A stretch of DNA of 62,273 bases, from assembly GCF_001194135.2 (NCBI RefSeq), contig NC_068981.1, forward strand, positions 187,027,109 through 187,089,381, written 5' to 3'. The notes beneath the pieces were generated by a model that was not told where the DNA came from, searched no databases, and saw only the letters and a program-made list of their open reading frames with translations. The translations under genes were made by a program, and so were the position numbers. This document shows, piece by piece, positions 24,412 to 39,400 of this stretch; positions within the stretch are counted from its first letter, which is position 1; every line of letters starts with the position of its first letter. The DNA comes from Octopus bimaculoides (Eukaryota).

Positions 24412-25983
24412 CAAAAAATAAAATTGTCCAAGTTAGGTTAAAATTGGTATTTGCATATTTGAACTAATCCTACCTTCATTTAGAATATGAAAATATAGTG
24501 AAAGATAACTGCAAGGAAAATATAGCAAAATATTTTTCTTAAATTTATTTTTTTTTATTTTTTTTTTTTGTTATGAGAGCTATGATTATAAAACAAAAAA
24601 AAAAAGAAAATAATAGAATGGTGCGAAGTTAGTTCCTTTTCAGTTTTAAATTCAACAATACATCAAATAACCACCGTGTTTGATAGCAACCTTTAAAATC
24701 TTCCAAAATACTTGGATCAAACATTCAAGGAATTCTTTCCAAACAAAAATATCAATAGATACAAAAAAAAAAAAAAAGGAAACAATGTTTTTAATATAAT
24801 TATTGCTTGATATTCCATTAGGTATTTGCTCATAATGGTTGGCACCAATTGGAATATCATGGAACATGAAACCAGTATGGTCAGTTTAGAAAATAAAATT
24901 TAAATGCTATTAGTATTAAGGAATATTTTATTAAATGGTTTTACTTCAATCATTCCACTTTTAAGAAAAATACTTAAAGCTGACACACATACACACTGGA
25001 TCTAATAAAAATAAAAAAAAATAAGGGTAATTAAATTGTTTTTAAAAATTGAAGCATTCAAAGTTCATAAATAAAATAATTAAAACATGGAAATAATTCT
25101 CTTTTATAAAGTAGATCAAATGCAAATGACAGTAACAGCAATAGCTCACAATATACTGGGCAAATACAGGTGGTTGTTTTACCTGGTATATTACGAGATA
25201 CTTAGCTATAGCTTCATGTGCACTGAACATCATAAAGGAGACATATTTTCATATTTCCCCCAATGCTTTGTAAATTAAGATCAAAATATTTTAAATACTT
25301 TCAACAAATACTTTAAAACTACATCTTTTAATAGCTAATTGATCAAAGGGACAGTTTTTGAAGTACTTTAATAAGAGACATTAAATAATTCAGTCTTTGA
25401 TGTAATTCCAATGAGTCTCATTTGACAACTGGCTATGGTCATATGAGGAACCCAAAGACAGCTCATACCAATCTGTAAAACATTTCCAATATTAACAAAG
25501 TCATGTTAATAAAGATGCTATATAATAAAGCCATTAATATGCTCTTTACTTTTCCTTGCTTGCAAGAATTGGGCAGATTTAGAAAACAGAATCTAAGGCC
25601 TCAGGCCTGTTTGTACGAGAATTTCATCATCAACCACCGTCACTGATTAAATCAGCTGCTTCAATGTGACATCGGCATAAGAGAAGATTTCATGGATTCA
25701 GAAACTCCTCAACTCCAATATCAAGAATCAGGAGTAATCATGATGGCTATATTAACTGTGTGTACAAGAACAATAAAAAAGTGTACTTCCTTAGGACTGA
25801 GGGATTCTTTATACTACATTAATATCATTTAGGTTGGTTGTTCCCAGGGAAGGGTTACATCATCCAATCCAAACATTACAGCAAAACAAATAAATATACA
25901 GACACACACACACACACACACACTATATATATATATACACACACACACACACATTCTATATATATATATAAACACATTCTATC

Positions 25984-26015
<32 letters not shown>

Positions 26016-26051
26016 TTCTATCTATAAATATATATATAAACACATTCTATC

Positions 26052-26087
<36 letters not shown>

Positions 26088-26184
26088 NNNNNNNNNNNNN
26101 NNNNNNNNNNNNNNNNNNNNNNNNNNNNNNNNNNNNNNNNNNNNNNNNNNNNNNNNNNNNTATATATATATATACACACACACA

Positions 26185-26246
<62 letters not shown>

Positions 26247-28917
26247 TTACATTACATACGTACATACATATCAAATTGAGAAATTCCATGTAACATCATT
26301 CCACAGCATTTCATATTAGGAGTGTCTTCTCTACCTGAAGACTGTTTGCAGGAAGAAACTCAGTAAAATGTACATTACATTGAATGTCTTAAACTGATAT
26401 ATACATAAATATAAACACACATACACTTTTTTTACCATTTAAAGCTACTACATGCCGGTTAGTGTTAATGTATGCCATCATAAGCAAGTGTGAGTGTGTG
26501 TTTATGTTATATTTTAAATACATGACCAATCTAAACATAAGAACCTACAAGACTGAAATAATTCCAAATCCAACATAAACCATCCACCTATAATTGCTCA
26601 AAGGTGACAAAGGCTTTAAGCAAGTCACAGTATGATTAGAAAGGACATTATCATAAAGTACAGAAAAATACACAAAATGTTCAAAATTTGGTATTTTGGC
26701 TAACATACACTATGTTCAGAGATTTGGAGTAATCCTCAATTCAATAGGTAGGATGTAACATGACTGGGCTATTTGATGAAACACAGCATGCCATCGATAC
26801 AATACAATTCAAACTACAAAACAAAATATTTAGAACTTAACTTGCAACATTTAATACTTGATAGAAATAAACTGTGCAAAGAAACTCAACAAAAAGAAAA
26901 ATATTTACAGAATTCCTCAGAGCTACAAAATTATCAAGATACACAAACCTAAGGAATACATCAATTCTATGACAGAAATAAACGATATAGTAAAATAAAA
27001 TATAGAGAATTCAAATCCCAAAACATAAATAGTTCAAGACTGAAACAATTAGAGGATAGACCAAGGTAGACAACTCTGTACAATCTAATCACAATAGTAA
27101 CTTTTCTCCTTTCCCTACACAAGAAAACTTAGTTCTCAAGCCAGAATTAGAACGGTTAAATTTATGAAAATTTCCAACAATCATTGTCAACTAAATATTA
27201 CCATATTTAATATTGAAGATATTGATTCTGAATAGAGCAAGTATTTATTGAAAACAATGGCACAACAGGAAATAATCTACCTAATGTATTAAACCACCTA
27301 CACAAGATTTAAAATGGAAGCTATTAATGAATTTAGTTCAAACCATATATTAAACTATCTAAACTTATTAAGAAGACAAAACAAAATATAAAAGGTGAAA
27401 TATATATTTTACAAACATAGAGTCCAATAATAACTTGGGGAGAAATATACCCTGCAGTTTCAAATATTTCAATAGATTAATTCAATTATATCATAACTTT
27501 TATTAAGAAAACTAAATTTTATAAAAAGGAAAAATATGTGAAGACAAATTTAAAGGATTTTTGATGCTAAATTAAAAGGTGCTTTTTAGTGTCAATATTA
27601 AATTAGCCCAATTTCTAAGACACAAGGACTGTTTAACTACTCTAATGTGAATATCACATTTAAAGATAATTTAAAAAGCGAAAAGAATATACATAACAAC
27701 ATGGAAAATAGAAGTAACTTATGAAAACTATATGCATTGAACTATGACAGGCTGAAACATTGAAATTACAAATTAAAATTAAAAAGGGAGAAAAAGAAAA
27801 GAATTTCCTAAGCAACACTTACTTTAGTACAGCCACTTGTTATACTGGCTCCAAGATCAGTTCGGTCCAAATCGCCAACAAAGTGTCAGGGAATTGACAG
27901 TGACTGTGTGTACACAAAGCCAATCTTTTGACCAATAGCACTAATTAGTTGCTAGCAGTCACAGCAAGTGTCATTTGGTTTTGCTTTCACTTTTTTTTTT
28001 TTGCTTTCTTTTGGTTTTTTTTTTTTTTTNNNNNNNNNNTTTTTTTTTTTTTTTCTCTTTTAACATAAAAATAACTGTTGAATTCTAGAGTTTAAGCTTG
28101 TGGGTATATAGTATTCAATATAAAATATCATAGAAAAACCAACTCAAATTTAGTACAAGTATATATGAAAGATCACAGAACATGGAATTGCCTATATTTC
28201 ACTAATACTGACCAACTAAGTTGCAGAAATAATTTCAGCATAATTAGCCTTAATTAATAAATGGTAGCTAACGCCTTACTTACAATCAAAACTATTGTTA
28301 GTAAACGAATGACAGTAAAAATCACAAAAGTCTACCTTAGCAAATTGAAAAAGATGTTTGTGTGTCCATGTATGTTACGTAGAAAAGACAAAAGATATCT
28401 GGTGTACTCAATAAACATTTAAATTCACAATTCTATGAACATCAAATTTTATTTCTAGAAACATCATAATCATTTTCAGCAACCATTTTTTTTTTTTTTT
28501 TCATTCACACATTCTCAAAACTACAAATTCATTTCCTTTTATATCTCAATCTCTCTTTATTTGTATTTCATCTCTCAGAAATGGGGGGATGGGGGTTAAT
28601 ATTTAATCTTACATTACAAATAAATATCTCCATGTGGGTTTCATCAATGGTTCATTTGGTGTGTGGCAAGATATTTGAAACAAGTTTATTCATGTTTATT
28701 CATTTTCAACAGTTCACTCACCAAACAGAGCTACAAATAGCTCTTGTTTTATCAGCGGTTCTCAACCGGGATCCACAAGATTTTGTTGTTAAAATTTATG
28801 TGCAATAAATTGCTTATATTTCTACAATACACAAAATATTAAAAAAATTTTTTTTTTATACAACTCTAAATATTTAATTATAAAAATTTATTTATATATA
28901 TATATGTATATATATAT

Positions 28918-28957
<40 letters not shown>

Positions 28958-30428
28958 AATGGCTACGAACGTCCAGCAGAATAAAATAGGAATCAAAGAG
29001 GGCTGTAGCCAAAAAATGGTTGAGTACCACTGCATTGTACATTGAAAGTAGACTTAATAACATTTTAAATTCCAGCATGTGCTAGACAATTTTTTTTTTT
29101 TTGTGCTTCATTTGTTTTGTTTTTTGTGTATGTGGATGGGTTGGATATTTTCCCAGTTTTGCACTGCCAGAATTTCAGTTTAATGTTTCTGGATTTTAAT
29201 TTACACATAAATAAAAATGTTTCTTCAAAAATACATTGCCACTGTTTTCTAATCAATCAAGTCAGACAGACATATTTCTGTAAGCAAACAACTTATTGAA
29301 CACACCACATATCTATATAGGCATCTCTATAAACATACATATATGCACAAACAATAATGATAATAATAATAATATTCAATAAAAGTTTCCAAAAATATAA
29401 TGGTCTGAGTCTTCTAATCAAGTCTTACTGCAAGGGATTCAAGTTACAAATTTTGATTTAACCAAATTCTGTTGATAAAGGAAAATCTGTCCGCAACACC
29501 AAGCTGTATTGCTACTACAAACAACTGCTCGTTTGTCAGTTGGAAAATATACAAAATATTAATAAAACCAAGAAGCTTAATCCCTGAATTCAACAGAAAA
29601 TGAGCAGCAGAGCAGAAGAAATAAGATCAACTGCAAGCAGAATCCAGAAACAACCAAGTCAGTCCTGTTCAATTGAAACTTCTTTATTTTGTACTAGAAG
29701 GTACAAGTACTTATACAAGTTTTCCAAAGAGAATTCTTCTTGCAACGACATAGTATGTTAGTATGTCAGTCATACAATATAAAACATGCTACAGTCTAGC
29801 AGGTTTTAGTTTTAAAAAAAATTAAAAAAACTAACACATACATTTTCATTTTTTTTTTTATGAACATTTTAATGGAAACAAAAAAATTGTTTGTTTTTTT
29901 TTTGAATGGTAGAAATAAAAAATAAAATGAAAAATATAAGCACCACTACAACTGATTTACTATGAAATGAATAAAGAAAGGCAAGGATATACATCCATGT
30001 GTCCAGAAAGTGGCAGCTGTTTAACAATTACAAATTGTAGTTAAACAGATACCACCAAGAAATATTCAATAGAAAAGGGGTTTTTATATTTTAAAGGTTA
30101 AAGAAATTTTGGATTTGCCACCATTTCTGACTCCCTTACATCAGTCTTTTTTATTTATTTATCTCATTTACGTACATATATGTGTGTGTGTTTGTGATTG
30201 GTCCCAAAAAATCTCACAACTGAAGAAGACTACAAATATTTACTGGTCTTACAAGAATAAATGTTATGCTAAGAAAACGTAATACGTTTTTCTCATCATT
30301 CTTTTCAATTAAACAGATACCTTTAAAATGCTCAAATATCAATTTAAGAGTGACAATTCTTTTGACTTATAAACGTGTTTCATCAGGTGAAATACACATT
30401 AAAAAGGAAACACAATGGAGAAACTACA

Positions 30429-30459
<31 letters not shown>

Positions 30460-33400
30460 NNNNNNNNNNNNNNNNNNNNNNNNNNNNNNNNNNNNNNNNN
30501 NNNNNNNNNACACACATACACACACAAATAATGTAGTTAAAAAAAAAAAATCTACTTTTACATACATACACAACTACAAGAATGGCATTTGAAAGTGAAC
30601 TGTGAAATGGTGGCATGTTGAAAAATAAAATCTCCACATGTTAGTGAAATTTAAAAAAAAAAAAAATACTAAACTACATTTGCCCTCATTTTAAAACTTT
30701 TTCATAATTCAGGAAAAAGGTTACAAGATAACTAAGAAAAAACTTAGTACCGTTTCATATTATTAATAAATAAATAAAAATAAATAAATAAAAAGTTACT
30801 GAAGGCATAAAATTTACCTTCAATATTACATAGAATGGAAGGTTTTGATCATGCAAGCTGAACACAGAACTTAACCTTAAACAACGAAGTGATTTTCACA
30901 TTCTTTTCTACACAAATGCAAAAAAGCTTAAGTTTATTAATGATATAGCACTGAATAATAATGATAAATGAAAAAATATATGGTTTTTTACCAGCTAATT
31001 GAATAACCCATCCCTGATTTGGCTGTGATAGCATTTTGAAGTTTAGAAAAAAAAAATCCCCAAAAAAAAGCACTGGTAAAGAACTCTACAGTGTATGACA
31101 AAAGTAGTTAAAAATGATGTGAAAAGACAGACGATCTAGTGAAAATGATTGAATTTGAACAATGGATGGTGAGGTGAGGGTAAATATCAACACCCATATT
31201 AACAGAAAATTACAACAAATGAATGAGTGGATAATAATCTACCAAGATGCTTGTAATTGTTAATTTAGGTTATTGTGTTCTATCTAGAATAGATATCCAG
31301 TTTGTCAGGAGACATGCCTGACACTCACATATACTAGTCTGAGAGAGAGAGAAAAAAACTTCCATGTAAATGGCTGTTCATTATTTGGAATTTTTAAGTT
31401 GGGGGATATGAAAAGTGTAAACACTATACAGAGAAACTTTAGGGGGATGTATATTAAAAAAAAAACAACTTTTAACTTAAAATCTCAAGTTCTCTTTTTT
31501 TCTGATTTTTTCAAGATACAATTTGACAGCTTTGTTCCCAAATCATTATCTTATTTATATAAAGGTTTAAAAAAGAAACTACTTGTTTAAAATGCTTTAA
31601 TTTCATTGAAAATAAAATGCTACATAGAACTGACATGTTTTGTGAAAAGGCTCATTGTAAAAAGAGGAACAAATCACACTAAGTGAATTAATAAGGAAAT
31701 TGTTATAAACTGATAGAAGTGTGTTCAACAGTAAATAATGCTGTTTTTTTTTTCTTCTTTAAATGCAGTTTTCATTATAAAATTACAACAGGTCATAAAA
31801 GAAGCATGCATACAATGTCAATGAGTAACAATTGAACTCATCTCACATAACAAAAAAAAATATTAATACATTTGCTGGGGAAGAGGAGGAATTATAAATT
31901 ATTTCATCTAATTATTAGTGAATGTTAGACAAAGCAAAGTTATTCTAATTTGGGACAATTACTTCTTTAATGAAATTAAAAAGATTTTCAGAAAAAAAAA
32001 AAATTCTTTTCGTTTTGTATAAAAAGTCAAAAGGAACAATTAAAATATTGAAATTAAGATTCAACAAAATATAGCCAAAAATTTCCATTGAAAATCATTT
32101 TAACATTAATATATGAAAGAAGAACAGAGATTAACAAAATCAACTCGTTAGAGAGTGGTGTGTTATTTACTACAGGCAAATAATTACATTACAATCTTTT
32201 TTTAATTTTTCAAGTGAACCAAATATAATTAATTTGTTTGTTACTTAAAATTGTTTGTTAACAGAAGTGTTATGTTGCCTCCATCATATAAATATAAACA
32301 GTCATTATGTATGTACACACACAGTGTATGTATAAGCACAGCTAGACTAGAAAAGTAAAGTTCGACAAAGAAGAATTTGTTCAAAATAAAGAAAAAAATT
32401 GCTTTGACACCAATTACCTCCATAAAATACAAAGTAATATTTTTAATGCTATTATTACTAAAAGTGAATTTATTCTATGTACCACAAGTGATTGTAGATC
32501 AATAGTATTGAGTACAATTCAATACAAAGAGAGAAAAGGCACAAGATAAATCCCATCGAAATGGAAAAGGGATTTTTATTATTAACAAGTTAAAATTGAA
32601 AATCTTACATTATATATTTTGTTACTGCTCATTTTGTAAACATTAAAATTGAAACAGCAACCCAATGAGTTATTTAACCATCAGATCAATTGATAGGAAT
32701 AACTATTTAATCCAGTTAATTAAGACAAATTAAGCACTAAAATGTTCATAAATTAAATTAGCTAAGATAATGACTAAAATATATACTATATGTCTTAATG
32801 AGAAACAACTTTAAAATTTTTTAAATTATAAAACTAGTAATTTTAATGGCATTTTAACAGCTGGTTAATTAATGTAGGAACAATACTATTTAAAAATCTC
32901 AATATTTGGCTTTCTTCCCTTCCCCCCACCCAATTTGTTTATTCTTTTAAAAATTAAAATGATAAATATATAAACACAGCATCTAATTTGAAGTGACTGT
33001 ATTTACATCTTAGAATTCGCTAAACTATATTTGGTTGTCAATAAGACAATCTCCCATAATTGTTTATCACTCATACTTTCCAGCTTTCAAGATTTACTGG
33101 TTAAATAACTGGGTTACTTTACCAGTGTTCCCTATATATGTGATGTGTGTGTGTGTGTGTGTATGTGTGTGTGTGTGTGTGTACAGGTATAGGTGTGTAG
33201 CCAAATGGTTAGTATCGATGTCATCATCATAAAGATGACAGTTCAACTACTAGACCAGGCGGCGTATTGTGTCCTTGAGCAAGGCACTTCATTTCACACT
33301 GCTCCAGTTTAAATCAGCTGAAAGTATCAGCCAAATACTGGTGCAACCCTCTCTCTCCCCTTCCAGTTATCACATCCTCCATGTTTTGCTGGATCAAAAG

Positions 33401-36400
33401 TGGGAGGGCCCAGAAGGTGTCTATGTCTGCTCACAACTACTTAGGCACCTAAAGCAATTAGCAAAAGCAAAGTACATACTACCAAGTCACACTCATTTAT
33501 GAGTGACAGTTTTGCTGCTGGTTTAGATGTGTGGAAGTTTATACATGTGTGTGTTTATATGAGTACATTGATATGTGTATATTTATGTGTATATGTGTAT
33601 ACACACATCCATCCATACATACACACATGCATGTGTTTGTGAAGGAAGAAAATAGATTTCAATTCCTAAAGGGACAAAATTATTGAATTTTTAATTTTTA
33701 TATGATTGGCTGAATGTAACTGAATCAGTCACTACTATAATACACTGAAAAATTCGTTTTTGCATTATTATATTTGGTAATTGAATGCTTATAATTCAGG
33801 CATTCGTTTTAGGAAGGAGGGGAAAAAATCAATTAGCATTTATAGAAGAAATGTTTTTCTTTCAAAAACAAATTCAAGTCACATCTCATTAGAGTTATTC
33901 TTTCTATTCCTTGAATAGCAATATATAATTTTGAATTACAAGAAAATATGTTAACCCAACAAAGAACATTAGGCTGCAATGAATAGTTAATCCAATACTG
34001 ATAATATATTTTTTAAAAATCAAGTTTTTAAAACCAACAGTAAATGCTGAATAACATACAATACTATCAGAATTAAAATGGCAGTTTACTCTTGGAAAAT
34101 CTAAGATTCCAGGTATTTTACCTAACAAGTTTATAAATAGCCTCCAAAGTGGTCTAACCATTCTTTGCAAATTTATAAATATGTAATAATTTTGTACACA
34201 CTAAAATATAAACAGTTGAGCTCACTGGTTCATAGCTTTTAAAACACAAAATAAGCCTGATTCAGAAATTCACTTTCTGATCATGGAGTTTCATGTTCAG
34301 TGAGGCACCTTCGGTAAGTGACTCCTACGAGAGTCCAGAGCCAACCAAAGCCACAAGGCTGTAAAACTGGTAGAATGGAAACCCAAAGAAGCCTGTTCTT
34401 ATATGTGTATACATGTCTGTGTACATTTGCATGTGTGAGTTAGTATATATTTCGTTTGTCTTCACGTGAGTTCACTGGATGTAAACAATGGCCTTGCTAA
34501 TGGTGTTTGCTAGAAATCCACCACAAAAGCAGGTCTGGGCTCGAGATATAGGATGTTAGTAAACAAAAAGCTCATTCCAGTTCTCCATGTAAACATGTTC
34601 ATGTTGTTTGTTGATAGATTGAGAGATAATTAACTCGTTTGGCAAAAGATGGGGTTAGTGACAGGAAGAGACACCTACCCACCCCCCTCCACTATACTTT
34701 TTGTGCGACCCATGCAAGTGTGGAGAAGTAGACGTTGAAACAATCATCATCATTTAACGTCCGTTGTCCATGCTGGCATGGGTTGGATGGCTTGACCAGG
34801 CTGGCACGCTGGGAGGCTGCACCAGACTCCAGTCTAATTTGACATGGTTTTCTACAGCTGGATGCCCTTCCTAATGCCAACTACTCTGAGAGTGTAATGG
34901 GTGCTTTTACATGCCACCGGCACAGGTGCCATTCGCATGATACTAGAGTGCTTTTATGTGATGCTGGCACGAGCCCGTGATGATGAAAACAAGTTGTATC
35001 TAACCCAACTAATGAAACTAAGTTTACTCTGATAAAACAACTTCCAGAATAAACTCAGCAATACTTTGCATTCAATTTTACTTTATGAATATATGTCTAT
35101 GAATCTATTCCTTTTAATTGCAAAACTTCAGTGGTTGAAATTCTTATGCAATTAACTGAATACACAAAGTAATGATCAGTCATACAATACTGTAGTTACA
35201 TTTACACATGCATCATTATCTGCTTTCCATGCTGGCCTAGGTCGGACAGTTTGACAGGATTCAATAAGTCAGAGGGCCATGTTGTGCTCCAATGTCTTAG
35301 TTTTGGCATGGTTTCTACAGCTGGATGCTCTTCCTAATAACACTTTACAGAGTACACTGGGAGCTTTTTACATGGAACCAGCATTTTTAGCAGGATTGCC
35401 TTGTAACTTGCAAGACTGAAGTGTCCCCACAACAAAGGAGAATAAGAGAGTGATGATTTAAGATGAGGTAGGGATTATATAAAACAAAAATAAAACATTA
35501 CTCAAAAGTATGTTATATTTTTTATCTTTTTTTTTAATGTGAAAAATCCCAGTTTAAAGCTGCACGAAACAAAATCTGTTTTATCTGTTAGAAAATTAAC
35601 ACAGACCAACTTCTTGTTCTTCAAATAATACATATGATCCATCTCCCAATCATTAATTCGAGTATCCATTTCCTTGTACAGGTCTTAACAAGTGACAAGA
35701 CTTGTAGTTTGCACAAGAATGACACTTCAAATGTTATTGGTATCCAGTTGATAAATTCTGTGATCTATGACTATACAATTTCTAACTGCTGCCAATTCAT
35801 GCAATTCCACAATGGCATAAAACTGTTAAAATTTTCAGCTGTTTTCTTCTAAGAATCTTCTCATAACCGACAGAACAAGAGATGGGTAATACTATGTCAT
35901 CAACATCATCATATCATTCATGACTGAGAAGTAACCAGTTCTTCACCTGCTAGAGTATTGCGATACTCTAGATCATTATCTTGACCTACATATACCTCAA
36001 TCTGTTCTTGTCACCATCATGTGGAGGGAAAGGATGCCGCATCTACAGCTTTAAAACCAGCTGTAGATGTAATGGATCTACAGCTGTAAAACCAGCTTTT
36101 TGGGACAAAGAAAAAAAAATGTTCAGTAATCTTTTGATTAGATGAATCACATCCAATCATGTGATGCTTTTGGTGAGCTATTTATGGATGAATTATTGAT
36201 GTGGTGTTTGATGGAAGCGACAGTTTAAATTAACATTTACAACAGCTGAGTAGGTACATTGTAAGTATATGTATCAACAAGCAATACAACTTGTCTATTC
36301 TTCAGGGTCATCACTCTCAAATTCTCAGTCATGCTTTATGTCTCCAGTCAATTTTGCTAGTTATATAAGATCGCTAAACATAATTCACAGGATGTGAATT

Positions 36401-39400
36401 CTTTACATTTTTTCTTCTTCTTTTGTCACTTCCTGCTCTGTTGCAAGCTTCCTCAACTAGAGGCCCATCAAATCTCAGGTAACACCAGTTAAGCCCAGTA
36501 ATCAGCAGTATTTAGGCTTCTGTCTTCTCATAATGAAGCTTCTTGAATCCAATGTAATATCTTTTTCATCAGAACAACCATCTGTTCATAGGGTTTAATG
36601 ATCTAAATCTTTGACATTCTAGTAGCACTGGTCCTGATAATCACTCTGGACCTGACCTTAGTAACCTGTTTAGGATAATCACTGCATTACACTAGAATCT
36701 TTTCTACATCATCTTTTCTTTTTACATGTTGCTGCTATTACTTTCTTCAATGATAGTCTGGATAATTGGGAATACCTAGGAGTTACTGCAATGTGTAATC
36801 CAATCTTGAATGCCACTCATTGTGGATACAGGCATAGCTGGGTTTACAAAGTTTGTTTCACAATGAGAAGCCACATTCAACCCCACAGCCATTGCATCTT
36901 GGTCAAGCCATGCTAATGAACCTGAATAAATATAATCAATGGAAGCCCATCACATGCACTGGACACATGATTTGAAAGGGTCAGCTTTGTTACTGTGCCA
37001 CACTGATTCTGTCTAAGGTTGTCTGAAAAAAATCAGCCATTAACACCTATAGCTTGATAAATAGACAGTTCAGTCAATCAAACACCTGGAATACTCATCG
37101 TTGAAACTGATGGAAGACTCATTTACTTCTGTCTTTACTAATAAATGACTATGGTTTATAAACCAATCCATAGGCCTTATAAGGACCAGAAACCAACACA
37201 TACTCCAAACTTATTCATGCTGTTAACCTTGAAACAACCTACCTGAAGTCAGACCTGGTTCTATCATACAAAACCTCTAATTTTAAAGTGTATTTAAATT
37301 AAAACATCCCAACCTATTCTTATGTCAGAATCTTTTCTGATGTTAAATTTCAAATACCAACCAAATCAATAATGACAAAGTTATTTTAGTAAATGCCATC
37401 AAATTCTTGATTACTTTCAGACAGTCTGTTTTATAAAAAATAAGGCTATGAAAGGATTGAGTTCATTACTCTAAACGACAAAAACTGTTTACATTCAACT
37501 TACTTCCAGCAAGTCCAAGCTATTTTTTCTTGATATGGATATATCAACCATTTGACTTATCCCTTATGAGGCTTTTCACATCCTTTTGCTATTCTTCAAT
37601 TACTAAATTTAGCCATGTTCATACGTCCCAACAATGACATGTGGGTTAAGAGATACGCAATACGTTAAACCATAGGCTAATGTAATTAATGACAAAAACA
37701 AAATGCCATCTCTTCATTGCCTGATTCAAAATTACCTTTCTATAATTCATTGAAATAGTCTAACTAGAATAAATCAGACATCAGTTGAATAAGACATAAG
37801 CATGAAATAGTATTGTGTATTAGCATTATTTTATCATGGAAGCTTTCAGAATAACTTCCTTCATATCAAATCAAATAGACATTCAATGTTAAGCTACACG
37901 TACCAAATGTTTTTTTCATTCACAAATGGAAAAGAAAAACCTTATGTAATTAACTGAAATTTACTTTATTTGCATATGCAATTAACCAGTCAATTTTTAC
38001 ATTGCAATTTCATAAGTTATGCAATTAAGCATAATCTACTGTAATTGGATTATAAATCTGAAACATATTGATCAGAGAGTTGTCACTGTTGTTTAATTCC
38101 AAGTCGGCCCTGACTGAGTAGATCTATGATCAGAAATATTCCAGGCAAGACAGTCCCAATTTTTTTGTACATCTAGGACTCCATTCTCTATTGTGTTCTT
38201 TTTTTTAAAGACAACAAGATGTGATTTGAGAGAAACTAGTTGCTATATCTAGCAGCTCAGACAACTAGCAAGTTTTAGCCTCATCATTTTGTTTTCTTTA
38301 ATAAAATGTTTTGCTTCGTTTAAGCAATTTAGTCACTACGTGTGGGTGTGTGCATAGAATGGGATCAAACTCCCAAAAGCATCCATGTAAAACTTCAACA
38401 CTCGTTTTAATATGCCATAGACAAACCATCTTGTCCATGGTTTAATAGAGTAAAAATATTGAAGCTGATCACATGTATTGATTAGCAAACAAGCTAAATC
38501 ATTTTTAGAAATATGACAGCCCAGAAATATTTACACATGTTACTTGCATTGTAGAGTTTAAAGAACTGATACTTTTGTCCACATCATTTACTAGATGTGT
38601 GTACAATATTAAACTATACACACAATTTCAGAGTTTGTAAAACATTTAATGATTTAATAAAAACTTAAATTATTAATGAGATTTTTTTTTTTTTTTTTGC
38701 TTTGAACTAAAGCAGGAAAAAAATTTCTTAGTCATATTTTTATCAAATTTTGATTAAAACTACCTCAATTGTTGAAAAATAAATTGCAGCCCAATGAGTT
38801 AATATATTTTCTTTTTTAAGAGCTCATGATTGTAAAAGCCAGTTTTCCTAACATCAGCTGTAATATTGCTATTACAATATATTATTATTATAAATAATTA
38901 CAATAAAAATTTCCTTAGAAAATAGAAATTTTAATTTATTTACATGCTTCAAAGTATATCTAAAACTCAATCTGTTATGATAATAAACATTTCGCTTGAA
39001 AAAAAAAAAAAAATGAACATATAAGGAAGAAAGAGGTATGAAAGAATAAATTTGATATGATATAAAATATCGTGAATGGTCATTTGTGAAGAGCAAAGGC
39101 CAGAAGGAATGTCAAATAAACTCAGTATCCAAGCAGACCTAATATCTACAAAGGAGAAGAATACTTACGAACTAGAACTGGAACGAGATTGCGATCTTGA
39201 AGAACTTGAGCTTAGAGAACGTGACCAGCTTCCTTTTCTTTTCTTTTTATCAGATTTTGGACACGTTTCTTCAGCCCGATCTTTTCTTTTCTTTTCGTCT
39301 AAGAAATAAAAATAAACAAGTTTCCATCAACTTCTGGGAAGTCATAAGGTTAGGAAAACAATAAATTTGTCGTATTTTCTAACCAAGTAGCAAAAGAAAA

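Noticed and set aside
25838-26293. ORFs containing X runs and IYIY/THTH repeats (also at 30.3, 48.6-49.0, 60.4-61.4 kb)
   Set aside because: Microsatellites and N gaps read through by the ORF finder.
28270-28310. 8-nt microexon after a perfect TACTAAC, and a 9-nt one near 28721
   Set aside because: The branch point is only ~6 nt from the AG, and such short matches are expected by chance in AT-rich DNA.
36400-37250. Possible decayed LINE on the minus strand
   Set aside because: Composition hints at it, but I could not read a convincing RT or endonuclease motif.
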